Source: Vicugna vicugna (Eukaryota). From it: a stretch of 64,000 nucleotides of DNA. Position 1 is the stretch's first letter, and each line of letters begins with the position of its first letter. Shown here piece by piece: positions 13,900 to 26,215 of this stretch. A program made the translations under genes and the position numbers. Under the pieces are notes generated by a model. That model made no database searches and was not told the DNA's origin. It saw only the letters and a program-made list of their open reading frames with translations. Where the stretch lies: NCBI GenBank assembly GCA_013265495.1, contig MU058213.1, positions 3,100,001-3,164,000 on the forward strand. The letters are read 5' to 3'.

Positions 13900-15500
13900 G
13901 GGCATACGTGCACGCATGTTCAATTATAGAAGATAATGCTAAATTGTTGCCCAACATAGTTGTTTCACAGTCCCACCTTCACCAACATTTGGTGTTGGCA
14001 GACTTCTCAAAATGGTCTAAGTTAGTGTTTCTCTGATTGCTAATGTGGTTGAGCCATTCAATTTCTTTTTCTTTTTTTTTTTAATTTAATTTGTTGGCCA
14101 TTCAATTTCTTCTTACAGAAAAGCACAGTCATGACTTTTCCCTATTTTTCTATTGGGTTGTCTTTTTCTTATGGACATGCAGGATTTCTTCATATATCCT
14201 GGATACTAGTCCTTTGTCAGTTACAGATGTTGCAAATATCTTCTTCCTGTTTGTGGTTTGTCTTCTCACCTTTTTAATGCTCAGTCTTCAGTCAACTCTC
14301 TCCATCTTTTCTTTCATAGCTAGTTCTCTTTATACCGCATTGAAGAAATCCTGCTTTGCTTAAAGTGACAAAGATATTCTTCTACATTATTTTCCAAAAG
14401 AGTTTGCCTTTCGCATTAAGTCTTCAATCCATTGGGAATTTTTTAAGGCATATGTAGGAATCCAATTTCATTATTTTTCTCTGAAGGACACCTAATCATC
14501 ATAGTGCCATTCATTGAGAAAAATTATCCTTTCCCTAGTGATTCACCATGTTTTGGAAGACCTGTTTCAGGACTCTCTCTTCTATTCCTTGATCATTTCC
14601 ATTATCCCTGGGCCAATGTCATAAGGCCTTAATTACTATGACTTTATAGTACAGCTTATATTTATCATTTATATGTGGGAGGACAGTTGCTTCTACCTTA
14701 CTGTCGACATTCTTGACCTTTCAAACTTCCACCTAAGCTCCTCAAAAACCATATAGAAATTTTGAATGGGAGTACATGAAATCTACAGATCAAATTGAGA
14801 AGATTGACCTATTCATGCTACTGACTGATCTCTCCAACTTATTTGTTATCTTCTTTAATGCCTTTAAAAATGTTGTCAAAGTAAATTCTCCTTACAAATT
14901 CTCCTTGTACACTTTGGGGGAGGGTATAGCTCAGTGGTAGAGTGCGTGCTTAGCCTCACGAGGTCCTGGGTTCAATCCCAGTACTTTCTCTAAAAACAAA
15001 TAAATAAACCTAATTAACCCCTCTCCTCGAAAACAAAACAAAAGAATCACAACAAAAAAAGACCTTGTACATTTTTAGACTTACCGATACTTTATATTTG
15101 GTCACTATTGTAAGTGATATCTTTTAAATATATATATTACATACACCTTCCATTATTACTTAGCCCCACTAATTCTAATGATTTGTTATACATAGTTGAA
15201 AACTGATTGCATCTTTTTTTTTCCTTTCTAATCTTTTGTTTAGATTCTTTGCCTTACTGTGTTTGTTAAAACTTTCAAGAGTATTGAGTAAATAATCTTG
15301 TCTCCATTCTATCGTTTCACTGTTAAGAATAACATTTGCTGTAGGTTTCCAGTAGATACTCTTATCAGGTTAAGGAAGTTCTCCATCTATCCCTAGTTTT
15401 CTAAGAATGAGTATTATGAATGCATATCAATTTTATCTAATTTTCTTTCTAAATCTATTGTGGAAATTATGTGATTTTTTTCTCTTTTAATCTGTTCATT
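13900..15500 (-). mobile_element. Old degraded LINE-1 (L1M-type), antisense
   Basis: T-rich L1 antisense phrases (TCCTGGATACTAGTCCTTTGTCAG, GTTGCAAATATCTTCTTCC, AGGTTAAGGAAGTTC). Confidence 0.7.
14916..15061 (+). mobile_element. tRNA-derived SINE inserted in an old L1
   Basis: GGGGGAGGGTATAGCTCAGTGGTAGAGTGCGTGCTTAGC head; TSD CCTTGTACA. Confidence 0.9.
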
Positions 15501-16689
15501 TATAATCTTTTACAATTAGTTACCTTTGATCTTTATTTTTTCTTTCTTCTAGTTTTTTCTCCAACCTTCCCAACTTCTGCTCTTTACTTATACGCTCTAC
15601 CTGAAATTTCTCCTTCAAAGCCATTCTGTTTCCTCCATGTCCATCCTTGCAGGAGAGGAGGGTACAGTTCTCAGAGTCATTAATAAATATTTGAAAGAAT
15701 TTAAAAAATGAAATACCTAATAAGTGCCTTACTCCCTAGATAAACATCAGAAAATCATTAGCTATCTCCTGAATTTTCTTTCAATACTATGTTTGACTTT
15801 AAGTACTGGGGCTCAAGCTCCCCCATTATAACACTTAGCAATTAGGGCAACAGATTTCAAAAGTGGTAAGCATCTTAAGAGAGATCAAAAGTGACGCTTT
15901 TATATATTCTGTAATTCAACACTATCCATCAGATGGGCCACGCATGCTTCAAAACCTTGGTTCAGAACCTAAACCAGACCAGCAACAATGATCATCTAAT
16001 TTGTTCAATCTGAGGATAGAGGGAAGAATGTAGGTACTTCCTTTTATGTAAAGCAAGGTGAACAAATCCAATTTGTGCCATGCTGCAGCAAAAGGGGGTT
16101 ATACCTCTAGAAAGTCTGGGTAGGTCTGTCTTAATGAGGGGTCATTATATGTCTGTTTTGTTCATTCATTTAACAGTTGAGTGCCCACCACAGGCAAACA
16201 CTATGCAAGGTAACAGAAATGCAAGTAAGACAGAAGCAGCACCTGCCCTCACAAAACTTACCATCAAATGGAGAACAGTGACCAGTGAAGCAAGACGCCA
16301 AGTGTGGTTAGTACATATGGCCAGAGTAATGGAAGGAGCTCATGAGATTAACACCTCAGCTAGATAGGGGTGAGGTGGGTTCTAAGAGGAAGTTTATGAA
16401 GAGTCTAGTGTCTCAGGTTGTAGAATTTCTGTAAGTAATCTGTAGTTCTAAACAGTACATTAAAGCTGGGGTTCCCTAGGGAAAGAACTCTATAGTCCAA
16501 TGGCATAGAACAGGAAAGCTAAAAGAGCTAGAGACACTCATCTGTACACTCCCCACCCAACCCCACCGCCCACACACTCACACACAACTATGTGACTCAC
16601 CCAGAAGGCTACAGTTTAGGAAAAAAGTCAGTGTCTCCTCCAGATAACTGGAGAAATGACTGTGGAAGTGTGTATGAAACAGGTTCCTC

Positions 16690-17384
16690 CCCTCGTGCAC
16701 TGTTGGGGGCACTGTAAATTGGTGCAGTCACTATGGAAAACAGTATGGAGTTTCCTCAAAAAAACTAAAAGTAGAGCTACCATATGACCCAGCAATTCCA
16801 CTTCAGAGTATGTATCCAAAAAAAAAAAAAAACAAAAAACACTAATTCGAGAAGGTACACACACCCCAATTTTCCTAGCACCGTTATTTACAATGGCCAA
16901 TATATGGAAGCAACCTAAGTGTCCATCAATAGATGAATGGATAAAGACGATGTGATATGTGTCACACACACACACCCCAGTGAATATGACTCAGCTATAA
17001 AAAAGAATGAAATTTTGCCATTCTCAGCAGCATGGATGGACTTGGAGGGCATTATGCTAAGTGAAATAAGTCAGACAGAGAAAGACAAATACTGTATGTT
17101 ATCACTTGTATGTGAAATCTAAAAAATAAACTAGTGACTATAACAAAAAAGGAGCAGATTCACAGATATGGAAAACAAACTAGTGGTTATCAGTCGGGGG
17201 GGGCAACAGCACAAATTACTGGGTGTAAGATATGCTCAAGGATGTATTGTACAACATGGGGAATATAGTCAAAATCATATAATAATGGTAAATGGAAAGC
17301 TACCTCTAAAAACTGTATAAAAATGTAAAAATAAAATTAAAAATAAAAATTAATAAAATTAAAAATGTAAAACAATTTTTCAAA
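16690..17384 (+). mobile_element. 5'-truncated LINE-1 (ORF2 end plus 3'UTR)
   Basis: Encodes the remnant IKKNEILPFSAAWMDLEGIMLSEISQTEKDKYCM. A-rich tail; TSD AGGTTCCTC (16681-16689 and 17385-17393). Confidence 0.9.
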
Positions 17385-17852
17385 AGGTTCCTCATCTTTC
17401 TTGTCTTGCCATAGACCTTACCTAATCTGCCATCTGCCTCTACTAGTCAAAAATGTGATCATATCAGTTTTTAAAAGGTGTTATCTTATTTTTAAAATTA
17501 AAGAAGTTGAATCTACATTTCTAAACTAATTATTTAAGATGCAGTTTTGAAAACCTTTGCCAAGTTGTTTTTTTAATTGGCCTATACAATCATCCTAAAG
17601 TCGGTATTTAGCTTCATAAAATATATTTATTTGACCAAGGATGTTAGATAAGGCATGATCTGGAAATGAAAAGGGGCAGTTAAAAAAAAATAGAAATCAG
17701 CAAACAGCTCTCAAACTTCTAGAGCCTTTAATCCTAAGAAAAGCAGATTAAACATTACAAGAATATATAAAACTGTAGTTCATACCTGACTCCTAAAAGC
17801 CCCAAGACCACTGCCAGCAGTAAGTTTCTAAGGTCATTAAAGAAACAGTCTA

Positions 17853-17917
17853 TGGGACATTATGCTGTACACCAGAAACTGACACATTATAACCAACTAT
17901 ATCTCAATAAAAACAGA
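17853..17917 (+). mobile_element. Very short L1 3'-terminal insertion
   Basis: TATGCTGTACACCAGAAACTGACACATT...AATAAAAA, flanked by AAAGAAACAG(T/C)CTAT repeats. Confidence 0.7.
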
Positions 17918-20900
17918 AAAGAAACAGCCTATCTTATTTCTTTCCAATGACTTTTAGTTCTTAAACACTTTTCAGGACTATAAAAACTAGATGAGATGGA
18001 AATCTATTATTTTAACAGCACTTTTCAGTTGCTTTAGAGGAAAAACTTGGCTCAAGAGACAAATATAAAATTGCAAAAATTATACAGCATAGGATGATGT
18101 AGGGAATGTCTATGACAGATATGGAAGTACATCCCAAGAAATACAGAAACACCAAATATCTTTCATCACAACCAAAACTGAATGCAAAGTGATACATAAA
18201 TACCAATCCAAAAGGTGTTAATAATTTTAAATAAAATTTGATAAGTGGATTGTCCTACACCAATGATCCAAAGATAATCTACCAGCAGAGCCTGGTAGGA
18301 ATGACTGAAATCAGGTGGTGGCTGCTGAACCCATCGGTTAAAACATCATGCATCTAACAAATTAGCACTGAGAACCAGCCGTGCCCGCATCACCGCGTTA
18401 AGCACCGACAACTAGGCTGTGGGAGAGCAGCAGTCTAACAGCAGCACTCTACGTGGCTATGAACAGTGAAAATGCAGGGGGAGGAAAACTGTTACAGGAA
18501 TGTGCACACAACACTGGGCACTGGGGAGGCCTGGGGTAGAGCGGGTGGGGCCACCACGCCACTGCACAGGGGGCACCTGAGCCAAGGACTTACATCAGTA
18601 CACAGAGGGACAAATGACAAACGTGAATGAACAAAAATCACAGTTCATTGACAATGTGGTAAAGGACTTGACCTCCTATGTCAAATAAGCATTATCCTTT
18701 GAGGATAACGGACGCCATCAACAAAAGGGTCACCGATGCCAACCCAAAAGGTGTAACTGAGTTTTGATGGAATGAGGTGAAGGCCGTCTGTTGCCCAAAG
18801 TAAAAAACACAGACCAGGCTTAGAGTCATGAGAAGGGAGCAGGTGCTGCGGTGAGCAACTGGGAGGGTGGAAGTCAGGGAAGAGCATTTGCACCTGCACA
18901 CGTCTAAGAGGGAAAAGGTTATGATGCATTTAGGGAATCTCAGCAGATGGACGCGGCTCAAGGGCTGCATGGGAGTGAGAGAGGAGGCGTCTAGACAGGC
19001 TGAAAAGATGGGAGAGACTTTGGGACCCAGGACTGAAAGGACTCTTACATGGCACTAGAAAGTCTCTGCGTTATCCTCTGGGCAATGGAAGGCACTGCAG
19101 GCTTTTATGAAGGAGAAGAACACAAGGTCGGCACCTTAGAAAGATCTTTCTGGAAGCCACGGGAAGGCTGGGAATACAGAGACCAGGAATAGATGAGGAG
19201 AGGCAGTGAGTGACCTGTGTTGGTGACAGCAGGAATGAAGAGGAAGGGATTAATTCAAGATATATTTAGGAGGCAGAAAATCGGTATAATTTCTTAATAA
19301 ACTGGTAGAGGAGTTAAAGAGAAACAAAACTTTTAGTTTGGTAACTGAATGAAAGGCATTATCATTAACCAAGAGAGGAAAAGCTGGTTTGAGATGATTA
19401 TAACTAACACTGAATACTTTTCTAAGCCCTTGAAAATATTAACCCATTTAGGGCCTCATAACAACCCCATGAACTAATTTACAGATAAGAAAAATGATGC
19501 ACAGGCAGGTTAAGTAAGTTCTTCAGTGTCACACAGCCAATAAAAGGCAAAGTCAAGATTTGAACCCATACACGCTCTCAACTACCATGCAACACTATAA
19601 GGGACACGAGCAGTTAAATGCCCCTCATGTTTCAGAGACATCCAGAGAGCTGTGTGTAGTCGGCATTTGGGAAACAGAACTTGGGCTCAAATAAGAGTTA
19701 ACAATATGGATTTTAGAGTCATCAACACAAGTTGATTTCCTGAGGCCGTGGGAGAGACAGGACGGCCATTTAGAGTGAAGAGAGACCTGAAATGTAAGGT
19801 TCAGCACGAGATTTCCAAGAAGGACACCAAGAAGGAGATTTTTCAAGCGAGAGTCCACAGACTGGGACAGGCACCACAGCACAGAGGTGCGAGCTCAAAG
19901 CAGCCTGGACGTTCTCCTTGTGACAACAAAGGATCCATTCAATATTTGCCAAGTGATAAATCCAGCACTTAGAGCTAAAGGATCCCTTTACAGATTATAC
20001 AGGGGAGAAGAGAAGCACAAGAGATCATGAAATGGTAAAAGAAGAAAACAAATTGACGCTCTCAGCTCTTGGATGCTTTGCATCTGTGTTTGAGCCAAGT
20101 GGCTTCTGCCTCCAGAGAAGAAGGAGCAATGCAAGCTCATCCCTCAAGCAGCGTCTTCATCTCGTTTCATCACCTCCCTCCCTACCCTCCAACCCCCACT
20201 GAACCCAGCCTCTGCTTGGCTAAGAGGGCAGGGCCCCAGCCATGCTGCAGCCACCCCGGGAGCACTGAAGAAAGCAGGAAGGTGTCCTCTTGCAAAGACA
20301 GCACTCAAGAATTATGGCTTTGGCAAAAATCGGCTTTTGTTTTTCATGGACCTGGTCCATGACTCATCAGCTTTCACAGCTGCTGCCACCCGGCTCCAGC
20401 TATAAATCAACCAAGTTCAGAGGCAGGAATAAGAGCAAAACACGGGCCAAAATCTCAGGAAGCTTGAATCCTCAAAGGGGAAGAGAGAAACAGAGGGAGG
20501 TGGTGAGCCTGTGCTGTGAGCTCTCAAGGGCTGAGGGTCTGGAGAGCGCAGAAGCTGCAGCAGCGGCAGAGAAGGACACACCCTGGGCTCCCAGCCCTGC
20601 TAACGTGCGCAGGTCCTGGTTGCCATGGTGCCATCCTGCGGCCGGCAGCGTTGCATCAACATTCTCTCTCTGCCGCAGTTCCTGTCTTGTGGGTGGCAGC
20701 AGTAGCAAGAAAGAAGAAAAAATGTTGTTTGTATTCTAACGGCTTCTGGGTCACTGAACCCAGTCTGGAAAGATCTAAGGGAAAGTGGTAAGAGACGGAG
20801 AAAGCAGCCAAGGTGGGAGGAGACGCCTTTGGGACGCACTCGGTACAAGCTGGGCATTCTATGGGTGAGGTGCCCTCGAGAATCAACACTCCTCCCCCAA

Positions 20901-21545
20901 GCTTTTTTTTTTTTTTCTTTCTGGTAGTTAGAACCCAAGAATCTCAACAGAGAATGCCAGCTTTTTATCCAGGCTCTTTCCCAGCAATTTCTGACAATGG
21001 GACTCAGGGTTCACTCCTAGGTGAAAGCATGAACTTGCGGCAAAGAAAAGAAAATGATGTATTGGTTGGTGCACTGGAAGTCAGGCACTGCACTGGCTCT
21101 GACACTATAATTGACCAAATGCCCTTAGCACTTTGAAGCTTCAATTTCTTCCTCTGTGAAATGAGGAGGTCGGACTAGATGAATGCTAAGGGTCCTTCTA
21201 CTCTCCGAGCCTATTCTGAGGGTGCTCAGGAGCAAAGGAGCCCTTCCAGGTGCCTCTCAAAGAATATGACGCTGCCTGTGTGCCAGGATGCTGACTGCGT
21301 CTCCAGGGACACCCAGCTACGCAAGTGGCCACAGTTCAGTGGAAGAGATGAGTGAACACATACACTCATGATGTTATATCCATACGTTTGAGTCGACCGA
21401 CGTTAGGGGGCAGAGACCACGTCTTGTGCCTCTTCATGTACGCCACATCCAAAACAGTCTCAGCACTTTGCTTAACAAGTATTCATCCCCTGCACGTGGA
21501 GGCAACTCTTTAAAATGTACTGTAATGAGATCTTTCAAAAGTATC

Positions 21546-21963
21546 TGTTATGAGCTGAACTGTGTTCTCCCAAAATTCAGATGTTGAAAGTCCTAACTCC
21601 CAGGACTTTGGAATGTGACCTGATTTGGAGACAGGGTCTTTAGAGAGGTAATCAAAGTAAAAAGAGGTCATGAGGGTGGGTGGGCCCTAATCCCATGACT
21701 TGTGTCCTTATAAGGACAAGAAATATGAACACAGCCACCCATAGAGGAAACATGAGAGAAAAGACACAGGGAGACGACAGCTCTCTCCAAGCCACGGAGA
21801 GAGGCCTAGAACAGAGCCTCCTCCTTCAACTCTTAGAAGGAGCCAACCCTACCAACACCATGATCTGAGACTTCTGGCCTCAAGAACTGTCAGACGAGAA
21901 GTCTGTTACTTAAGCTGCAGTCTGTGATACTGTGCTATGGCGGTCCTAGCACGTATCTAGCAC
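21546..21963 (+). mobile_element. MaLR solo LTR (MLT1B/C-like)
   Basis: TGTTATGAGCTGAACTGTGT...GAATGTGACCTGATTTGGAGACAGGGTCTT...GGAGCCAACCCTACCAACACC; possible TSD GTATC. Confidence 0.85.
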
Positions 21964-22629
21964 GTATCTCAAAGTAGAGGGAACTGTACAATAAAACACC
22001 CCATCACACTCCCACCTCGATCTTGCATTCCTGTGTCCCGTCACTGAGCATCTCTAAACTATTTGGACCTTTCCTTACAGGATCACCATGACATTTCCAA
22101 ACACATCAAAATTAATTGAAGGCAAATGTAATTGTCAGAACACACCTTATACTAAAACACATACTTATACAGGCCTCCATTAATATTAACAGTATTAAAA
22201 ACAAAATCCCAATAAGCTTGAATTTTTGTGGATAAAATGCTCAGAGGACAAGCAAGGCTCTTTGAGCAGTTCAATTCCTTAACCAGCTCTCTTATTCAAT
22301 ATATTATCTGAGAATAAGAGCCTTTGTCACTTTGATAAAGTACAGAAAAGAAAGGAAGGAAGAATGCAGTCAGTACTCAGACCCACTCTCTGGTCACTGA
22401 AAATGCACTTTTTAAACTAAACCCAAGAAACTTACATTGAAAATGCACTTTTCAAACTAGACCCACAAAAGGTAGTAGACATCTTGAGGAAGTCTTTGGT
22501 TTAAAAAAAAAAAACTTAATACGTGCAATGTTTTATGTTAAACTGCAAATATTTTAAGTACCTAAAAATTGGCAAAGCCAAACTCAAAACCTCTACGCCC
22601 CTACCCACCCCCCAAAACCAAAACCATAC

Positions 22630-22748
22630 CTTGACAGAATATAAATCGTTGCTTGATTTTCCTACGGCTTTAGAGGCTGGAATTCCCAACACTTCAACAG
22701 TTAGACAACTTGCAGTCACATGTCCTCTTCTAAAAAGGCACTTTTCGT
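22630..22748 (-). other. RAB27A: RAB27A second non-coding 5'UTR exon (119 nt)
   Basis: Minus strand reads tttctgtttgtattAG|ACGAAAAGTG...TTCTGTCAAG|GTatgg. The sequence resembles the human RAB27A 5'UTR as I recall it (GAAGAGGACATGTGA...GTTGTCTAACTGTTGAAGTGTTGGGAATTCCAGCCTCTAAAGCC). Confidence 0.7.
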
Positions 22749-22930
22749 CTAATACAAACAGAAATGTTAAAGTTAAAATCGCCTACTTGTAAACGGTTTT
22801 CAAAAGAGTCTTTCGAAAAGCAGTTCGCTCCATCAACTTTCAAAATCAGGCATCTTTGTAAAAACCCACAATCCAGCTAATTAGTCTCAGCTGGTTGTCA
22901 TATGGCCTGCAAACCAGTCAAGTGATTTTG
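22749..22930 (-). promoter_or_regulatory. RAB27A: Putative downstream (alternative) RAB27A promoter with E-boxes
   Basis: Non-repetitive sequence directly upstream of the UTR exon, with CAGCTG (22888-22893) and CATATG (22899-22904). RAB27A is an established MITF target with alternative first exons. Confidence 0.5.
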
Positions 22931-23767
22931 CCCCTTTCAAGCTTTTCCTAAAACCCAATTCTCCTGGCCTCTCAGAAAGAAGGCAGCTATGTTAACCTCT
23001 TCCAGTGTGAGAAATAGGACTTCAACTGTTTTTTTCCCCTAATCAAAAGAGTAGAACATTTGATTTCCCAAGAAAACATCTTTCAAAGCACTGCATTCTC
23101 AGGGCCCTTAAAGGTTATACTAATATAGTTTCTTTGCAAATGCCTGATCCAAACAAACACTACAGGAGATCAATAGAAGTGGCAGAAGTCATGTGGCTAG
23201 TTGACTTCCCAGACCTCTTGCTCTGGCCTCCGGACCCATAAGTAAAACTGTCACCTTGAGGGGGTCCACCCACATGTCTTGCTGATCTTAAATTCAGCAT
23301 GTCCTTCCCTCAACTTACCTCCTGCACTCTTCTCTCCAGATCCTGCTTCAGACCCACTTCTCTTCCTAGGTCTTGGGTAACACAATCTCCACACATACCG
23401 GCCAGACATCTGACGGTCCTCAGTGACTCCCCCCACCACTTCCATGAGCTGCCAAGTTCCAGGAATCATTTCTCCTCTCACCTTTATTCCAAGTTTTTCT
23501 TTCTCATCAAAATGGCTGTGATCAACCACATATTTGGTTTTCTGGCCCAGCCACTGACCCACCTGCCACACGGCACCCAAAGTGATTTTTCCAAAGGCAA
23601 GTAGGTGTCCATCACTGTCCTCTGCAGAACCTGTCAATGGCTCCCACGACCTCGCCAGTAAACTCCCCAGTACTTAGACCTTTGCCTTCTCTATCACTGA
23701 CTGTTCCCTGCCTTCTGACTCCAGCCACCAGAACTATTTGTAATTCTCTCAATCAGTTTTTTTCCCT

Positions 23768-23925
23768 AAAATGGTTTTCAAATTGTGACAGCAATGCCAT
23801 CAGCATCACCTGGGAAATTTAGAGATGCACACTTGCGGGTCCACCCCAGATGTACGGAATCAGAAATTCTAAGGATAGGGGACAGCGGTCTGCGTTTTAA
23901 GCAGCCCACCAGGTGATTCAGATAC
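23768..23925. mobile_element. MER5A (similar copies at about 24580-24750, 27810-27965, 28375-28830)
   Basis: CATCAGCATCACCTGGGAA...GAATCAGAAATTCT...TCTGCGTTTTAA...CCAGGTGATTC. Confidence 0.75.
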
Positions 23926-25984
23926 ATTCCCCTGAGCGCCCCTGCTCTAACCCACCAAATCTGTTCTCCAAGAGACTTAATCCTTCGGCTCCTCCTGCTG
24001 CAGGTAATGCTGCGTTAGATGCCCTTTTTCTGCGCTTACTCTTTCCAAGAACAGGTCAACCCAGTATGATAATTATCCAGTTTATTTCTTGCTGGTTGGT
24101 GAATATCTTGAAGGCAGGAACTGTGTCTTATTTGACACATTCATTCTACAATCCCTAGTTGAACACGTGCCTGTCACTGGGTTGGATGCTGGGTATGAGA
24201 CCAATTGCTCCTCCCTTGGCCTCCAGGGGAAACCACCCTCTCACCTGGACCACTCAGAGTGTGACTGCAGACTCCTCCTACACCATCTGCAAAGTCCCAA
24301 CACCAACTGGAAGAACTGTGAGCAACGGGAAATGCCTGAACATAACCAGCCTGACATCCCTTGTGCTAAATGGCATGGAGTTTTTGGTTCACATGGTTTA
24401 CGAAGGGGAAAGGGTGCATATTCATGAAAACACATGTATTCCTTTTTATTCTCTCATAGCCACCTCCAGAATTTGGAGAATAATTAATTTAGTAAGGGAA
24501 TTTACCAAGTTTTAAATCCCTTATTAAAATTCATCCCAGTTAGCTTATTCTAAATTACAGTAATTGGGTAAAGTTTCATATTAGCACTTCTCAACTTTCA
24601 GCAAGCCTGAGAGTCTCCTGGGAATTTTGTTAAACTGCTGATGCTGATTCAGTAGGTCTGGGTGGGGCTCGCGATTCTGCGTTTCTAATGAGCACCCAGG
24701 TGATACCCAGGTAACAAAGATGCTCCTCGTCCTAGAACTACCCTTGGAGTAGCAAGCAAAACTTAGACAACCCCATTCTTCATAGAGCTCTCAGTCTTCC
24801 TTCCCCATAGAGCAACACCACCTTTTTTTAAGCTCCTTGTATTGAAAGCTTTCAAAAATGTCTTTCAGGCTTCAGGATAAAGATGGCATACTAAACACAT
24901 TTAATGCTACCACCTCCCCAAATCTCACTAATAAAACAATGAGGAGAACTTTATTTCTTAGAGACATCAACTTACCAAATCAAAGTGAGTGGAAACAACA
25001 GCAACACAGTGTGGGAAGCTAGAAAGTGGATGAACAAGAGGTCATTGATTAGCAGACCCGGGAAAGCTGACTCCTTATCAGCCAGTAGGAAAGGCGAGAA
25101 GCAGCTCATCACAGAATCTTCAGAAAGGCTCAGGTGGTTGGAGCCCCAAACACCTCTGGAGGAGGGGGGAGGGTAAAGTGGGGCTAAAATTGGTGGAAGT
25201 CTGTTTCCACCCCAATCCTCACACTTGCCAGCCTTGGGACCTCCTCTAGCTCTGGCAGAAGTTGAAGGTTTATTCTCTGGAGAGAGTAGAACTCTGAGGG
25301 TCAAATTCTCAGAGGGTCTCTGAGTCACCCCAACCTCAGTGGTGGCAGGGGAGGCACTGAGAAGATACAGAGTAAATGTTAAGACACCTCCACCCCCAAC
25401 CCCCACCTTCAGGCTGGACTTGCAGGAAGCAGGCTTACTCCACAGGCAGGTGGTTCAAATGGCCTTCTCTGGATAGTCTGCCCAACCCAGGAGGGAAGCC
25501 TAAACATCGAAAGGAGCCAAGATATGCTGCTGGAACTAAGACTATGATGTCACTGCTGGGAGAAGGAGGAGACGGAAATGGTGCACACGAGTGGCAGGGG
25601 TAGGTGGCAAAACTAGCAAAAATTCTCTTCTTCTAGCCCAAAGCATCCATAGATGATGTCTAAAACTGAAAACGCAACCATGGAAACAGAAGTACATCAT
25701 TTAGAGACGAGGGTTATAAAGACCAGGAAGGGTCAATTGACTGCAAGAATTGTAAGCAGTTGACTGTGGGGAGCAGGAAATGGGCTGGGGGTGGGGACTC
25801 TCACGACTCTCCTAACAGTCCTGGTAGAACTCTGCCCACATAGAACCCTGATAAAATTGTAAAAGTGAATTACTACAAAATGAAATGTAATGCCCAGGCT
25901 TTAAGGTTTTTTTCTTGGCTGCTCCAGGCCATCACAATAAACACCACTGACATGTGCTACATCCTCAGGGTCTGGGACCCACAC

Positions 25985-26215
25985 TGAGATGGGATGCTGA
26001 GGATCTGGGCTCTGGAGACAGGCTGCCTGGCTCTGCATCCCACTTTCCCACTCACTGGCTGTGTGACCTTCTGCAAGTTGCCTCCCTCTCTGTGCCTCAG
26101 TTTCCTCATCTGTGGAGCAGGGATAATAGTAGGGTTGTTTGGTAAAAATTGAATTATGTGAACCCTGTAAAGTGCTTAAAACAGTGTTTGGTGCATAGCA
26201 AATGTTCAATAATAG
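25985..26215 (+). mobile_element. MIR SINE (representative; others near 2030, 21060, 26700, 28050, 38550, 46300, 50570)
   Basis: MIR core TGTGTGACCTT...CTCTGTGCCTCAGTTTCCTCATCTGT...GGATAATA...GTAAAGTGCTTA. Confidence 0.85.

Noticed and set aside
14916..14990. tRNA gene-like sequences with A and B boxes
   Set aside because: They lack an intact cloverleaf, and have A-rich tails, TSDs and several diverged copies. They are SINE heads.
16628..17122. ORFs with L1 ORF2-like peptide
   Set aside because: These are remnants of a truncated, frameshifted L1, not a host gene.
1..22629. RAB27A protein-coding exons
   Set aside because: I found no [23 protein letters not shown]-type or other Rab GTPase reading on the minus strand, so the coding exons must lie left of the window.
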